Assembly (NCBI RefSeq): GCF_016744025.1
Contig: NZ_JADGFC010000001.1
Span: forward strand, 16,028-80,027
DNA length: 64,000 nt
Reading direction: 5' to 3'
From: Sulfurimonas sp.
GTDB lineage: Bacteria; Campylobacterota; Campylobacteria; Campylobacterales; Sulfurimonadaceae
Translations under genes and position numbers: made by a program
The notes under the pieces: model-generated
Seen by the model: the letters and a program-made list of their open reading frames with translations, nothing else
Told to the model about the DNA's origin: nothing
Databases searched by the model: none
Shown: piece by piece, positions 8,512-17,454 of the stretch
Layout: each line of letters starts with the position of its first letter
Position numbering within the stretch: the stretch's first letter is position 1

Positions 8512-9431
8512 TGGATAGTTTTTTCTTTAACATAACAAACACCAGTTATAAAATAACAAAACTACTTCAAACAAAAAAAGAGCACATTACAAGAGTCGAT
8601 ATCTCAAATGGAATAGTCTTTTATGACATACATTTAAACTCTTCAAAAGACCGAGAATATCAGGTAAAAAATCTTGATAGAATGATAGCTATATCTGTTA
8701 ATAAAAAAGGCTCTTTTAGTATAAATGAGCATATCAATAAGAACTCTTTTGAGCTTAAAGAAGATAGTATAAATGTTTTCTCATCTTCAAGACAAGACCT
8801 AACTTTAAAGATAAAAAAAGACCAAGATGCAGAGATATTTGTACTTTTTATAGCTGACTTTATTTTAAAAAGATATCTTAGCTCAGATGCAAATGAAATC
8901 ATAAACTATTTGTACAATAAACTACAAGATGAAGTTTCATGTGAGCTTATGGGTTCTCATCCAGTAGATGCAATGAGTCTGCATATCATAGACAAAATAC
9001 TAAACACAAAAGCAGACGCTTATATGAATAGCATTAGATGCGAGCATAATATCTTGGAGTTTATGATTCATAGATTTGCTCTTTTAGATATGCTCGATAA
9101 TGAACTAAGCGATGATGAGATTTGTATATCTAAAACTTCTAAAAACATCTTGTTGAAAACTTTTACTACACCTCCTAGTATCCAAGTACTAGCCCATTTG
9201 TGTGCAACGAATGAGACAAGTTTAAAAAGAATTTTTAAAAAAGTTTATAAAACAACTATCTACGGATATATACAAAAACTTCGTCTTGAAAAAGCAAACT
9301 TACTTTTAAAAGAGAAGTCCCTAAACATCGGTGAAATTGCCAAAGAAGTCGGTTATAAACATCAAGGTCATTTCTCAAAATTATTCTTTGAGAACTATGG
9401 CATCTATCCAAAAGATCTACTAAAAAAATAA
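8511..9431 (+). CDS. AraC-family transcriptional regulator
   Basis: C-terminal double HTH: LAHLCATNETSLKRIFKK...IGEIAKEVGYKHQGHFSKLFFENYGIYPKD. Confidence 0.85.
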   Translation: MDSFFFNITNTSYKITKLLQTKKEHITRVDISNGIVFYDIHLNSSKDREYQVKNLDRMIAISVNKKGSFSINEHINKNSFELKEDSINVFSSSRQDLTLKIKKDQDAEIFVLFIADFILKRYLSSDANEIINYLYNKLQDEVSCELMGSHPVDAMSLHIIDKILNTKADAYMNSIRCEHNILEFMIHRFALLDMLDNELSDDEICISKTSKNILLKTFTTPPSIQVLAHLCATNETSLKRIFKKVYKTTIYGYIQKLRLEKANLLLKEKSLNIGEIAKEVGYKHQGHFSKLFFENYGIYPKDLLKK

Positions 9432-9439
9432 TTCCTCCA

Positions 9440-9478
9440 GTGCTAAAATAAAAGTCTTCTACTGCTAAAAAACTATTG
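9440..9478 (+). promoter_or_regulatory. Operator-like element, copy 1 (TGCTAAAA direct repeats 22 bp apart)
   Basis: GTGCTAAAATAAAAGTCTTCTACTGCTAAAAAACTATTG. About 35/39 identical to 10355..10393. TATACT -10-like hexamer 58 bp downstream and ATG 93 bp downstream of the first repeat. Confidence 0.5.
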
Positions 9479-9533
9479 AAGATAACTTCTGCTTTATATA
9501 TACTCTAAGTAAATTAAATCTCAGGAGTTCAAA

Positions 9534-10346
9534 ATGTCAAAAGTAGTATTAATAACTGGTGCGAGCTCAGGAATGGGAAAACTAACAGCAGAGTTTTTAT
9601 CTAAAAATGGTTATACAGTGTATGCTGGGACAAGAGATGCGACTGCTTTAAGTGATGATTCTTCTTTAAAAAAAATATATATAGATGTAACAAAAACAAA
9701 AACTATCCAGAGTACAATAAAAACTATCATAGAAAATGAAGGTAAAATTGACGTACTTGTTAACAATGCGGGATATGGGCTTTTATCAACTGTTGAGGAT
9801 GGAACTGATGAAGAGATGTTCAATCAATTTGATGTAAATGTATTTGGTCTACTAAAGGTTACTCGCGCTGTTCTTCCTCATATGAGAAAAGCAAAAAGTG
9901 GTGTAATTATTAATATATCTTCATTTTTAGGAAAAATCGGCCTGCCTCTTTTAGCACAATACAATGCTTCAAAGTATGCTGTAGAAGGAATAGTTGATTC
10001 TTTAAGATTTGAAGTTCTTCCTTATAATATTAGAGTTCATTCTATTCAAGCAGGACTATTTGGTACAAACTTTGTTCAAAATGGGCTTGTTACTAATGAT
10101 AAAACGATGTCAGAGGATTCTCCATATAAGAGTCTAGTAGCTCACTTTGTACCAATAGTTGCAAATGCGATAAATGAAGGTCCAAGCCCTCAACCAATAG
10201 CAGATGCAGTTAAGAATATCATCGAAGATGAAAACTCTAAAATCTTTGTACCTGTTGGCGCAGAAGCTGAAACTTTTGTTCCTTTGAGAAAAGAAATGAG
10301 TGATGAAGCATTTGAGACAAAGGTAAAAGAGACCTTTGGCATCTAA
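9534..10346 (+). CDS. Short-chain dehydrogenase/reductase
   Basis: ITGASSGMG Rossmann motif, NNAG, YNASKYAVEG catalytic motif. Collinear paralog of 7693..8511. Confidence 0.85.
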   Translation: MSKVVLITGASSGMGKLTAEFLSKNGYTVYAGTRDATALSDDSSLKKIYIDVTKTKTIQSTIKTIIENEGKIDVLVNNAGYGLLSTVEDGTDEEMFNQFDVNVFGLLKVTRAVLPHMRKAKSGVIINISSFLGKIGLPLLAQYNASKYAVEGIVDSLRFEVLPYNIRVHSIQAGLFGTNFVQNGLVTNDKTMSEDSPYKSLVAHFVPIVANAINEGPSPQPIADAVKNIIEDENSKIFVPVGAEAETFVPLRKEMSDEAFETKVKETFGI

Positions 10347-10354
10347 GTCCTTTT

Positions 10355-10393
10355 GTGCTAAAACAAAAGTCTTCTATTGCTAAAAAGTTATTG
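10355..10393 (+). promoter_or_regulatory. Operator-like element, copy 2
   Basis: GTGCTAAAACAAAAGTCTTCTATTGCTAAAAAGTTATTG. Same 58-bp distance to TATACT (10414) and 93-bp distance to the ATG (10449) as copy 1. Confidence 0.5.
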
Positions 10394-10448
10394 CTATCTT
10401 TTTTCATTTAGCCTATACTATACAAGACTAAAATAATAGGTAATTCTT

Positions 10449-11660
10449 ATGAAATTTTTTGTATATGTATTTATATTTATTATACTGCTTGTAACAACCG
10501 TTGCTTTTCTTTTACCTACAAAAGAGAAGCGTCAGTTCAGCGATGATGGACTAAGAACAGCTGCACTATCAAGAAATATGTCTAGTACTCCTGCCACTTA
10601 TGAAGAACTTTTAAACTTAGTAGATACTCCACAAAACAGAATGAGTAAAGAAAAAATTGATTTAGGTCGTGACCTTTACCATGAGAAAATGCTCTCTAAA
10701 GACAATGATATAAGCTGTGCTACTTGTCACGTTTTAAGTAAAGACTTAAAAGACAAAAACATCTATCTAAAAGCACTTACTTCTAAAACGAATGATAAGA
10801 CTGACTGTGTAGTATGTCACCTCTCCGACCAAAGTGCTACTGATAGATTTGAGACCTCTGTTGGACATGGTGGAGCAAAAAATCCATTTCACTTAAATAC
10901 TCTTACAACTCTAAATGCAGCTTTGGCAAAATACCAAACTTGGGATGGAAGTGTTAAAACTGTAGAAGAACAAGTTGGACTATCCATACAAAACCCAACT
11001 CAGATGAATCTTTCAAAAGAAGAAGTTGTAAAAAGACTTCTCTTAGATGCTACGTACGTAAAAAAGTTTGAACTCTCTTTTGATAAAGTAAGTTTTGAAA
11101 ATGTTCAAAAAGCTATTGGAGCGTATCTTAAAACACTTATCACTAGAAGTGATTATGATAGGTTTTTAGATGGTGATAATAACGCGATAAATACTAAGGC
11201 GAAAAAAGGTCTCTCACACTTTTTAAACTTTGGGTGTAAGGGATGTCATACTGGAGTAACCGTTGGTGGACAGAGCATACAAAAGTTTCCTCTTAGAGAC
11301 TATAACAGCATTGTAGATGTTACAAACTCTTTTAACGAAGAAGATAAAGGGCGTGAGGTTAGTGACTTTGACTTTAACGCTAAGATGTATCATCCTTTTC
11401 CATTTGAGAATAAAGGTGGATTTATGGGTAAAGATGGAGAAAGACTCTTTAGAGTTCCTATGCTTCGTAACGTGACAAAAACCTCTCCATACTTTCATAA
11501 CGGTGCAGTAGCAAAACTAAGAGAAGCTGTTTTTCTTATGGGAAAACATCAACTTGGAATGCATCTAACATATCAACAAACTGATGAAATTGTAGAGTTT
11601 TTAAAGTCATTAGAAGGTGATGTTGTGGATTATAAAGTTGTAAATAAGGGTGCATTGTGA
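10449..11660 (+). CDS. Di-haem cytochrome c peroxidase (CCP/MauG family)
   Basis: CxxCH motifs CATCH and CKGCH plus an extra CVVCH. C-terminal FRVPMLRNV..TSPYFHNG signature of bacterial CCPs. Confidence 0.85.
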   Translation: MKFFVYVFIFIILLVTTVAFLLPTKEKRQFSDDGLRTAALSRNMSSTPATYEELLNLVDTPQNRMSKEKIDLGRDLYHEKMLSKDNDISCATCHVLSKDLKDKNIYLKALTSKTNDKTDCVVCHLSDQSATDRFETSVGHGGAKNPFHLNTLTTLNAALAKYQTWDGSVKTVEEQVGLSIQNPTQMNLSKEEVVKRLLLDATYVKKFELSFDKVSFENVQKAIGAYLKTLITRSDYDRFLDGDNNAINTKAKKGLSHFLNFGCKGCHTGVTVGGQSIQKFPLRDYNSIVDVTNSFNEEDKGREVSDFDFNAKMYHPFPFENKGGFMGKDGERLFRVPMLRNVTKTSPYFHNGAVAKLREAVFLMGKHQLGMHLTYQQTDEIVEFLKSLEGDVVDYKVVNKGAL

Positions 11661-13474
11661 AAAATGTATATATGAAAATACTTATTCTTTTAATGTTTAT
11701 GAGTGGAGTATTTCAACTTAGTATCTTCAACCTAGAGTGGGAATACTTTAGAATGGTTCAAGCACTGCATATTTTAAGTTCTGTTCTTATAGCTACCTTT
11801 CTTCTAGTTCCATATGTGAATATGCATACTTATGAGTACATGATAGTTAAACGTGCCAAAAGCACAAGCGGTGTGATTCTTGGCGTCTTACTTTTATTTA
11901 TAGTTGCTAGTGGATTTTACTTATTTTTTCTAGGAAATACAGGAGGAGATACTATCGGACTTATTTCATACTACATACATCTGTATGGCTCATTTATATT
12001 GTTGTATTTTTTATTTTTACATGCAAAAAAGAAAATCGACTTTAATGCAAAACCATTTATTGCTATCGCTTTAGTAGTTGGCATCTCTTATCCTAGCCTT
12101 TCTTATTCTAGTGAAAAACTTACAAACATAAAACTTGAAGATGGAGTTGAGAGATACCACAATGAAGATTGGACTTCTTCGGCTAAATGTAAATCTTGCC
12201 ATGAAGAAATTTTCGATCAGTGGGCGGACTCAAACCATAGACATCTAACAGGTACAAACCCTTACTACATGGTTATGGAAAACCTAGCTGCTGCAGATAT
12301 GGGAGATGAGTTTAGACAGTGGTGTATGGGATGTCATAATCCAAGTGCAGTTACAACTAAACAAAAAAGATCTACACATAGAATGGCCATAAACGATATG
12401 CCAGATGCACTTTTTGAGAAGGGTTCAAAGAGTTTAGTAGATGAGTTAAAGAGTCATGGAAACTCTAGACTTGAACAAGGTGTTTCTTGTGTGACCTGTC
12501 ATAGAATCACAAAAACAGATTCAAAAGGAAATAGCTCATATTCACTTGATCTTACAAATAGAAAAAAATACGTTTTTGAAGATAGTAACTCTGATGTAGA
12601 GACTTGGCTTAGTGAAAAGTTTATAAACTCTAACCCAGAGGTTCATAAACAGAGTTACTCAAAAGAGTTATATAAAGAGAGTTCTTACTGTGCATCTTGT
12701 CATGATGAATTTTTACCTGATGACTCAAAAAGGCAGATAGTATCTACTTTTAAAGAGTGGGAAAAATCGCCTTTTAACAATCCTAAAGACCCAACTAAAC
12801 ACAAGACTTGTATAGATTGTCATATGACCTACCTTGAAAATGGAAAATTTTCCCCATTAAAAGGTCAGTCAACTACAAGAGGAAAAGTAAAAGATGATAT
12901 TAAAGTTCACTATTTTTCTGGTTCTAACCACTTTTTATCTGGTCTAAAAAGTCAAAAGCATGCAGAGCAAACTATACAACTTCTTCGTACATCAGCAGAT
13001 ATAGATGTGGATATAAAAGATGGAAAAATTTTAGTCGGAGTTAAAAATGTAGGAGCTGGGCATCACTTGCCAACGGGAGTATCTGACTTTAGAGAAATCT
13101 GGTTAGATATCACTGTTACAGATAGAGACTCTAAAGTTGTTTTTAGTAGTGGTAAGTTAAAAGACGATGGCGATTTAGACATAGATGCAAGACCTTTTAT
13201 GAAAGTCTTTGGTGATGAGAACTCAAAACCAGTAGGTCTTCTCTTTTGGAGATATAAAAAACTGATAAGTGATACTAGAATTCCTGCGGGAGAAAGAAGA
13301 GTAGAGTCTTACGATATTTCAGATGCTAAAGCTTTAAAACGTCCTCTAAAAGTAGTGGTAAAACTAAACTTTAGAATCTACCCTCAATGGGTAACAAATG
13401 CAGTACAAAGAGCTTTTCCTCAACTGCCAAATCCACCTGTTGTTCTCTTAAAAGAGATACAAAAAGAGTTCTAA
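11657..13474 (+). CDS. Membrane-anchored pentahaem c-type cytochrome
   Basis: N-terminal ~150 aa with about 4-5 TM helices. Five CxxCH (CKSCH, CMGCH, CVTCH, CASCH, CIDCH). 4-nt overlap with the peroxidase gene. Confidence 0.75.
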   Translation: MKNVYMKILILLMFMSGVFQLSIFNLEWEYFRMVQALHILSSVLIATFLLVPYVNMHTYEYMIVKRAKSTSGVILGVLLLFIVASGFYLFFLGNTGGDTIGLISYYIHLYGSFILLYFLFLHAKKKIDFNAKPFIAIALVVGISYPSLSYSSEKLTNIKLEDGVERYHNEDWTSSAKCKSCHEEIFDQWADSNHRHLTGTNPYYMVMENLAAADMGDEFRQWCMGCHNPSAVTTKQKRSTHRMAINDMPDALFEKGSKSLVDELKSHGNSRLEQGVSCVTCHRITKTDSKGNSSYSLDLTNRKKYVFEDSNSDVETWLSEKFINSNPEVHKQSYSKELYKESSYCASCHDEFLPDDSKRQIVSTFKEWEKSPFNNPKDPTKHKTCIDCHMTYLENGKFSPLKGQSTTRGKVKDDIKVHYFSGSNHFLSGLKSQKHAEQTIQLLRTSADIDVDIKDGKILVGVKNVGAGHHLPTGVSDFREIWLDITVTDRDSKVVFSSGKLKDDGDLDIDARPFMKVFGDENSKPVGLLFWRYKKLISDTRIPAGERRVESYDISDAKALKRPLKVVVKLNFRIYPQWVTNAVQRAFPQLPNPPVVLLKEIQKEF

Positions 13475-13489
13475 TATGGAGATAAATCT

Positions 13490-13879
13490 ATGCGTTTATT
13501 AGCACTTATTTTACTACTAATATCTACTCTTAGCGCCAATCATATTAGTTGGCAATCAAACTTTGATAAAGCCCATCAAAAGGCACTTAAAGAGAATAAA
13601 AAACTTATGGTTTTGCTAATAAAAAAAGATTGTAAAGAGTGTATCGACACGATAAAAACAAGTTTTATAAATCAGCCATATATAGATAAAATAAATAAAG
13701 AATATATCTCTGTACTAATCACGAAAGATCAAAAGAGCAGTTACCCTATTGAGATGCTATATACACTTGAGTATCCATCACTATTTTTTTTAGACAATAA
13801 AGAACTTTTTGTATGTGAACCGATGAGAGGAGGAGTTACTCCAAATAAGCTAAATAGCTATTTGGAGCAGTGTAGGTAA
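13490..13879 (+). CDS. Periplasmic thioredoxin-fold protein
   Basis: Signal peptide. KLMVLLIKKDCKECIDT places a CxxC in thioredoxin-like context. Confidence 0.55.
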   Translation: MRLLALILLLISTLSANHISWQSNFDKAHQKALKENKKLMVLLIKKDCKECIDTIKTSFINQPYIDKINKEYISVLITKDQKSSYPIEMLYTLEYPSLFFLDNKELFVCEPMRGGVTPNKLNSYLEQCR

Positions 13880-13880
13880 A

Positions 13881-14246
13881 TTAGTGAGAAGAAGCTTTTT
13901 TACTAAGTTCATCTTCAATTGCGTCACGAAGATCTGAAGTTTCAGAGTTATCTGAAAAGTCTACATATCCGCCATGAAATTTAACAGTTGAAGAAATAGT
14001 TTTATCTCCATCAGTTTTTTCAGCAATTACTTCATTACTTTTAAACTCAGTAATTTTCCAGCCAGTTTCTTCACCAGCTTTTTCTATTGCATGAATTATT
14101 TTTTTGCTATCATGTGTTTTAACATAAAGTGCATCTTCTGAGATTCTCATGTCACGATCTTCAGCTGATGGTGAATTTCCACCACAACCTGTATATAAAA
14201 CTAGAGAGACTGCAGAGATTAAGGTTATCGATAAGATTTTATTCAT
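13881..14246 (-). CDS. Lipoprotein, function unknown
   Basis: Lipobox LYTGC after a signal peptide. Acidic 121-aa mature part. Confidence 0.6.
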   Translation of the reverse strand: MNKILSITLISAVSLVLYTGCGGNSPSAEDRDMRISEDALYVKTHDSKKIIHAIEKAGEETGWKITEFKSNEVIAEKTDGDKTISSTVKFHGGYVDFSDNSETSDLRDAIEDELSKKASSH

Positions 14247-14338
14247 TTATTGTCCTTTTTTTTAAGTTTCTTAATAAAAAATAAATTTTACAAAGAAATT
14301 CAATCGATCAATGATATAATAAGAAACTTAAAAAATAA

Positions 14339-14352
14339 TTGATGTATATCAA
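14339..14352. promoter_or_regulatory. FNR/CRP-family (Dnr/NnrR-type) binding box
   Basis: TTGATGTATATCAA is a perfect match to TTGAT-N4-ATCAA. It lies in the divergent intergenic region 14247-14384. Confidence 0.55.
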
Positions 14353-14384
14353 GATTTTAAACTACAATTAAACAAAGGTAAATA

Positions 14385-14576
14385 ATGACTCAAGACATAG
14401 TAATCATATTAGTAATGGCAGTACCTATGATACTCTTTGGCATCTACCCAGGCCTTAAATTAGGGGAGATTCTTGAGCGTAAGTATAATATAAACGAAAG
14501 TCAAAAAAGAAAAGTTATGATTATCACAACCATTGCATTTACGATAACTTTATCCTCTTTACTATACTACTTATAA
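14385..14576 (+). CDS. Small membrane protein (63 aa)
   Basis: Two hydrophobic helices; RBS AAAGG upstream. No recognisable family. Confidence 0.4.
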   Translation: MTQDIVIILVMAVPMILFGIYPGLKLGEILERKYNINESQKRKVMIITTIAFTITLSSLLYYL

Positions 14577-14667
14577 TATAATTTATACTAATCTTATTCC
14601 ACCTGCTTGTTTCATAAAGTTACATAGAATATAAAACTTTCCTTAAATTTTAAATTAATCTAATAAA

Positions 14668-14681
14668 TTGATTTATATCAA
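14668..14681. promoter_or_regulatory. FNR/CRP-family (Dnr/NnrR-type) binding box
   Basis: TTGATTTATATCAA is a perfect TTGAT-N4-ATCAA. Its centre is about 75 bp upstream of ATG 14750; TAGACT -10-like hexamer at 14705-14710. Confidence 0.6.
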
Positions 14682-14749
14682 TTCTTTTTCATCTAAATCA
14701 CAATAGACTACACCTGATTCTGAAAAACTATAAATAAAAAGGAGATATC

Positions 14750-15076
14750 ATGATTGAAGAAGTAGTAATGAGACAAGATATTGCTTTAGACGATTTCTTA
14801 CCAATTTTCATATCATCCTCTCTTGTTTTAGTATTTGGAGGATTCTATGTTGGTATATATACAGCTGTAAAAGTTAAACTACTCAAAAAATGGACTATGC
14901 CTATCGCATATATATTTTGGATGTTAACTGCCTACTGCTTGTATTTAATGGGAAGTTTAATGCATGTAGGGGAATTTACGGCTAAGGCTCTAGTAGTTGC
15001 TGCAATTGGATTATTTTTACTTCCACACGCAGTCTATTTTATGCAGCATCAAGTTCACGAAGAAAATGAACATTGA
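14750..15076 (+). CDS. Three-helix membrane protein encoded directly upstream of norC
   Basis: 108 aa with three hydrophobic segments. AAGGAG RBS; 41 bp from norC. Confidence 0.5.
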   Translation: MIEEVVMRQDIALDDFLPIFISSSLVLVFGGFYVGIYTAVKVKLLKKWTMPIAYIFWMLTAYCLYLMGSLMHVGEFTAKALVVAAIGLFLLPHAVYFMQHQVHEENEH

Positions 15077-15117
15077 TATCATGTATATATTTCAACAGCA
15101 ATTTATAGGAGGTCACA

Positions 15118-15804
15118 GTGGCTAAAACATCCGTATGGAGTGACAATCGATTCTGGCAGCGTTCAGCAGGTTGGATCACAGGGTTTGCAGCAGTATTACT
15201 TATTTGGCTAACTTTTGACACAGCTGGTCAAATAGCAATGGGTACTGATGAAGATTTAAAAAATGGCGTAACTAAAAGAGTCCCAGGACCTACAGTTATT
15301 AACTATAAAATCACTTATGAAATGAGTGATAAACGTGGTCATGAGGTACCTTATATAGGTGGTAATGATGGTAAGGGTGGTTCACTTTTTCAAGAAAAAC
15401 AAAAGTTTTTTGGAAGAGATGATTACTCAGAAGAAGAAGCAGCAGCTTTACTTCACCTAGGTAAACTAGGATCTCAAACTAAAAACTGTATGAATTGTCA
15501 TACACTACTTGGAAATGGAGCATATTATGCACCAGATTTAACTAAAGCTTGGTTAGATCCAGCTTGGCAAGATGATGGTACGATGCAAGCAATGACTGGC
15601 AAAAGTACAAAAGAAGAGGCTATGGCTGAATTCTTACAACATCCATCTACTTATCCTACTCATGCTCGTATGATGCCAGATCTTGGTATTACAGCTGAAG
15701 AGGCAAAAGGTTTAGTTGCTTTCTTGAAACATATGTCATCTATTGACACAAACGGTTTCCCAAGAAACTTTGGAAAAATTCGAGGAGCAGTAAATGGCAA
15801 ATAA
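15118..15804 (+). CDS. norC: Nitric oxide reductase subunit C (membrane-anchored monohaem cytochrome c)
   Basis: GTG start after AGGAGG. N-terminal anchor, single CMNCH haem site, overlaps norB. Confidence 0.85.
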   Translation: MAKTSVWSDNRFWQRSAGWITGFAAVLLIWLTFDTAGQIAMGTDEDLKNGVTKRVPGPTVINYKITYEMSDKRGHEVPYIGGNDGKGGSLFQEKQKFFGRDDYSEEEAAALLHLGKLGSQTKNCMNCHTLLGNGAYYAPDLTKAWLDPAWQDDGTMQAMTGKSTKEEAMAEFLQHPSTYPTHARMMPDLGITAEEAKGLVAFLKHMSSIDTNGFPRNFGKIRGAVNGK

Positions 15805-17227
15805 TCACTTAACAGGTATTGGAAGTGAATCAAAACAGTTAGCGACATGGTATTTTACTTTTGCAGCTATACTTTTTGGTGCACAATTATTATTTGGTTT
15901 AGTTGCAGCTATTCAGTATGTAATGCCAGGTTTCTTATTTGAGTTATTAGACTTCTCGGTTGCTAGAATGTTACACATCAATGCACTTGTTGTATGGATG
16001 GTATTTGCTATGTTTGGCTCAGTATATTGGTTACTACCTGATGAAACCGGGATTGAGACAATCGGTATCAAAATTGGTAAACTATTATACTGGGTATTCG
16101 TAGCAGCAATCGTTGTTGTTGTATTAGTATATTTATTCGTTCAAGTTGGACCGGCAGATGAAACATCTATCTGGTTTATACATGAAGGTCGTGAGTATAT
16201 TGAAGCACCTCGTTGGGCTGACTTCGGTATCGTTGTAGTTGCACTTGGATTCGTTGCTAACCTTTTCTTGACAGGAACTGCTGGTAATCGTTCAGGTATT
16301 GTTACAGTACTTATGGCTGATATGATCGCTTTTGCTGGTCTTTACTTAGCAGGTATGTTCTTTACAGATAATATCTCTGTAGATCAGTACTGGTGGTGGT
16401 GGGTAATTCACTTATGGGTTGAAGCTACTTGGGAAGTTTATGTTGGTGCTATTGCTGCATATGGTCTAATCACTATGATTGGAGCACATCGTAAAGTTGT
16501 TGAAATGTGGTTATGGATTGAAGTAGCAATGCTATTTGGTTCAGGTATCTTAGGTATCGGTCATCACTATTTCTGGATTGGTACACCTGAGTACTGGTGG
16601 GAAATTGGAGCATTATTTAGTGCACTAGAGCCATTACCACTTGTTGCTATGTTTATCCACGTTCTTTATGACTGGGGAAAAACACAAGGTGCTCAAGATG
16701 CTACTGGGGTAGAAGTTTCAGTTATTAATAATAAGCCTGCGTTTACATGGTTTGTTCTTAATGCATTCGGAAACTTCTTAGGTGCTGGTATATGGGGATT
16801 CTTCCATACATTACCACAAGTAAATCTGTATACTCATGGTACACAGTTTACTTCAGCACACGGACACCTTGCGTTCTTTGGTGCTTATGCAACTATCCTT
16901 ATAGGTATGATGTATATTGCTGTTCAAGGAACAAATGGTATTAAAGTTATGAAACACACTAAGTCTTCTCTCTGGGCTGTTAGTATGATTTGTGGTGGTG
17001 TTATGGGTATGACAGTTGCACTTACTGTTGCTGGTTACGTTCAAGTTCTTGTTTCTCGTGCACAAATGGGTGCTACTTGGGCAGGTTACTTTGACGGACA
17101 AAGTGGTATGTGGTTTGCACAAGCAATGGATTGGAGACTGGTTATGGGTGCGGTTACGTTCCTAGGTTTCTTATTCTTAGCTAAAGATTTACTGTCTACT
17201 GGCAAAAACCCAGTACACGAAAGATAA
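15794..17227 (+). CDS. norB: Nitric oxide reductase subunit B (cNOR haem-copper oxidase family)
   Basis: 12-TM protein with conserved HLWVE, GIGHHYFW and HGHLAFFGAY histidine motifs of NorB. Confidence 0.92.
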   Translation: MANNHLTGIGSESKQLATWYFTFAAILFGAQLLFGLVAAIQYVMPGFLFELLDFSVARMLHINALVVWMVFAMFGSVYWLLPDETGIETIGIKIGKLLYWVFVAAIVVVVLVYLFVQVGPADETSIWFIHEGREYIEAPRWADFGIVVVALGFVANLFLTGTAGNRSGIVTVLMADMIAFAGLYLAGMFFTDNISVDQYWWWWVIHLWVEATWEVYVGAIAAYGLITMIGAHRKVVEMWLWIEVAMLFGSGILGIGHHYFWIGTPEYWWEIGALFSALEPLPLVAMFIHVLYDWGKTQGAQDATGVEVSVINNKPAFTWFVLNAFGNFLGAGIWGFFHTLPQVNLYTHGTQFTSAHGHLAFFGAYATILIGMMYIAVQGTNGIKVMKHTKSSLWAVSMICGGVMGMTVALTVAGYVQVLVSRAQMGATWAGYFDGQSGMWFAQAMDWRLVMGAVTFLGFLFLAKDLLSTGKNPVHER

Positions 17228-17238
17228 GGGGAATTATT

Positions 17239-17391
17239 ATGTTTGAACCAATGACAGATGTCGTACCAAGCTTTTTTGCTTGGTTAAATCAGGGTCCATT
17301 GACTCTAACTATTTTTCTTCACACTGTGATTATACTTCCAATGTTTTGGATTTATAAACAAGAAAAAACTCGTTTAGAGAAAGAAAGTTAA
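17239..17391 (+). CDS. Small membrane protein (50 aa) downstream of norB
   Basis: Hand translation MFEPMTDVVPSFFAWLNQGPLTLTIFLHTVIILPMFWIYKQEKTRLEKES. AAGGGGA RBS 11 nt after the norB stop. Confidence 0.4.
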   Translation: MFEPMTDVVPSFFAWLNQGPLTLTIFLHTVIILPMFWIYKQEKTRLEKES

Positions 17392-17408
17392 GAAAAGTCA
17401 ATTTGTTG

Positions 17409-17426
17409 GCGGGCCTTCGGGCCTGC
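17409..17426 (+). terminator. GC-rich hairpin with TTCG loop (partial terminator or processing/stability element)
   Basis: GCGGGCC-TTCG-GGCCTGC: 7-bp stem with one G:T pair. Striking GC island in AT-rich DNA between 17239..17391 and nirS. Only a weak T tract follows. Confidence 0.45.
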
Positions 17427-17454
17427 TCTATCTAATTTTAAAAGGAAGAATAAA

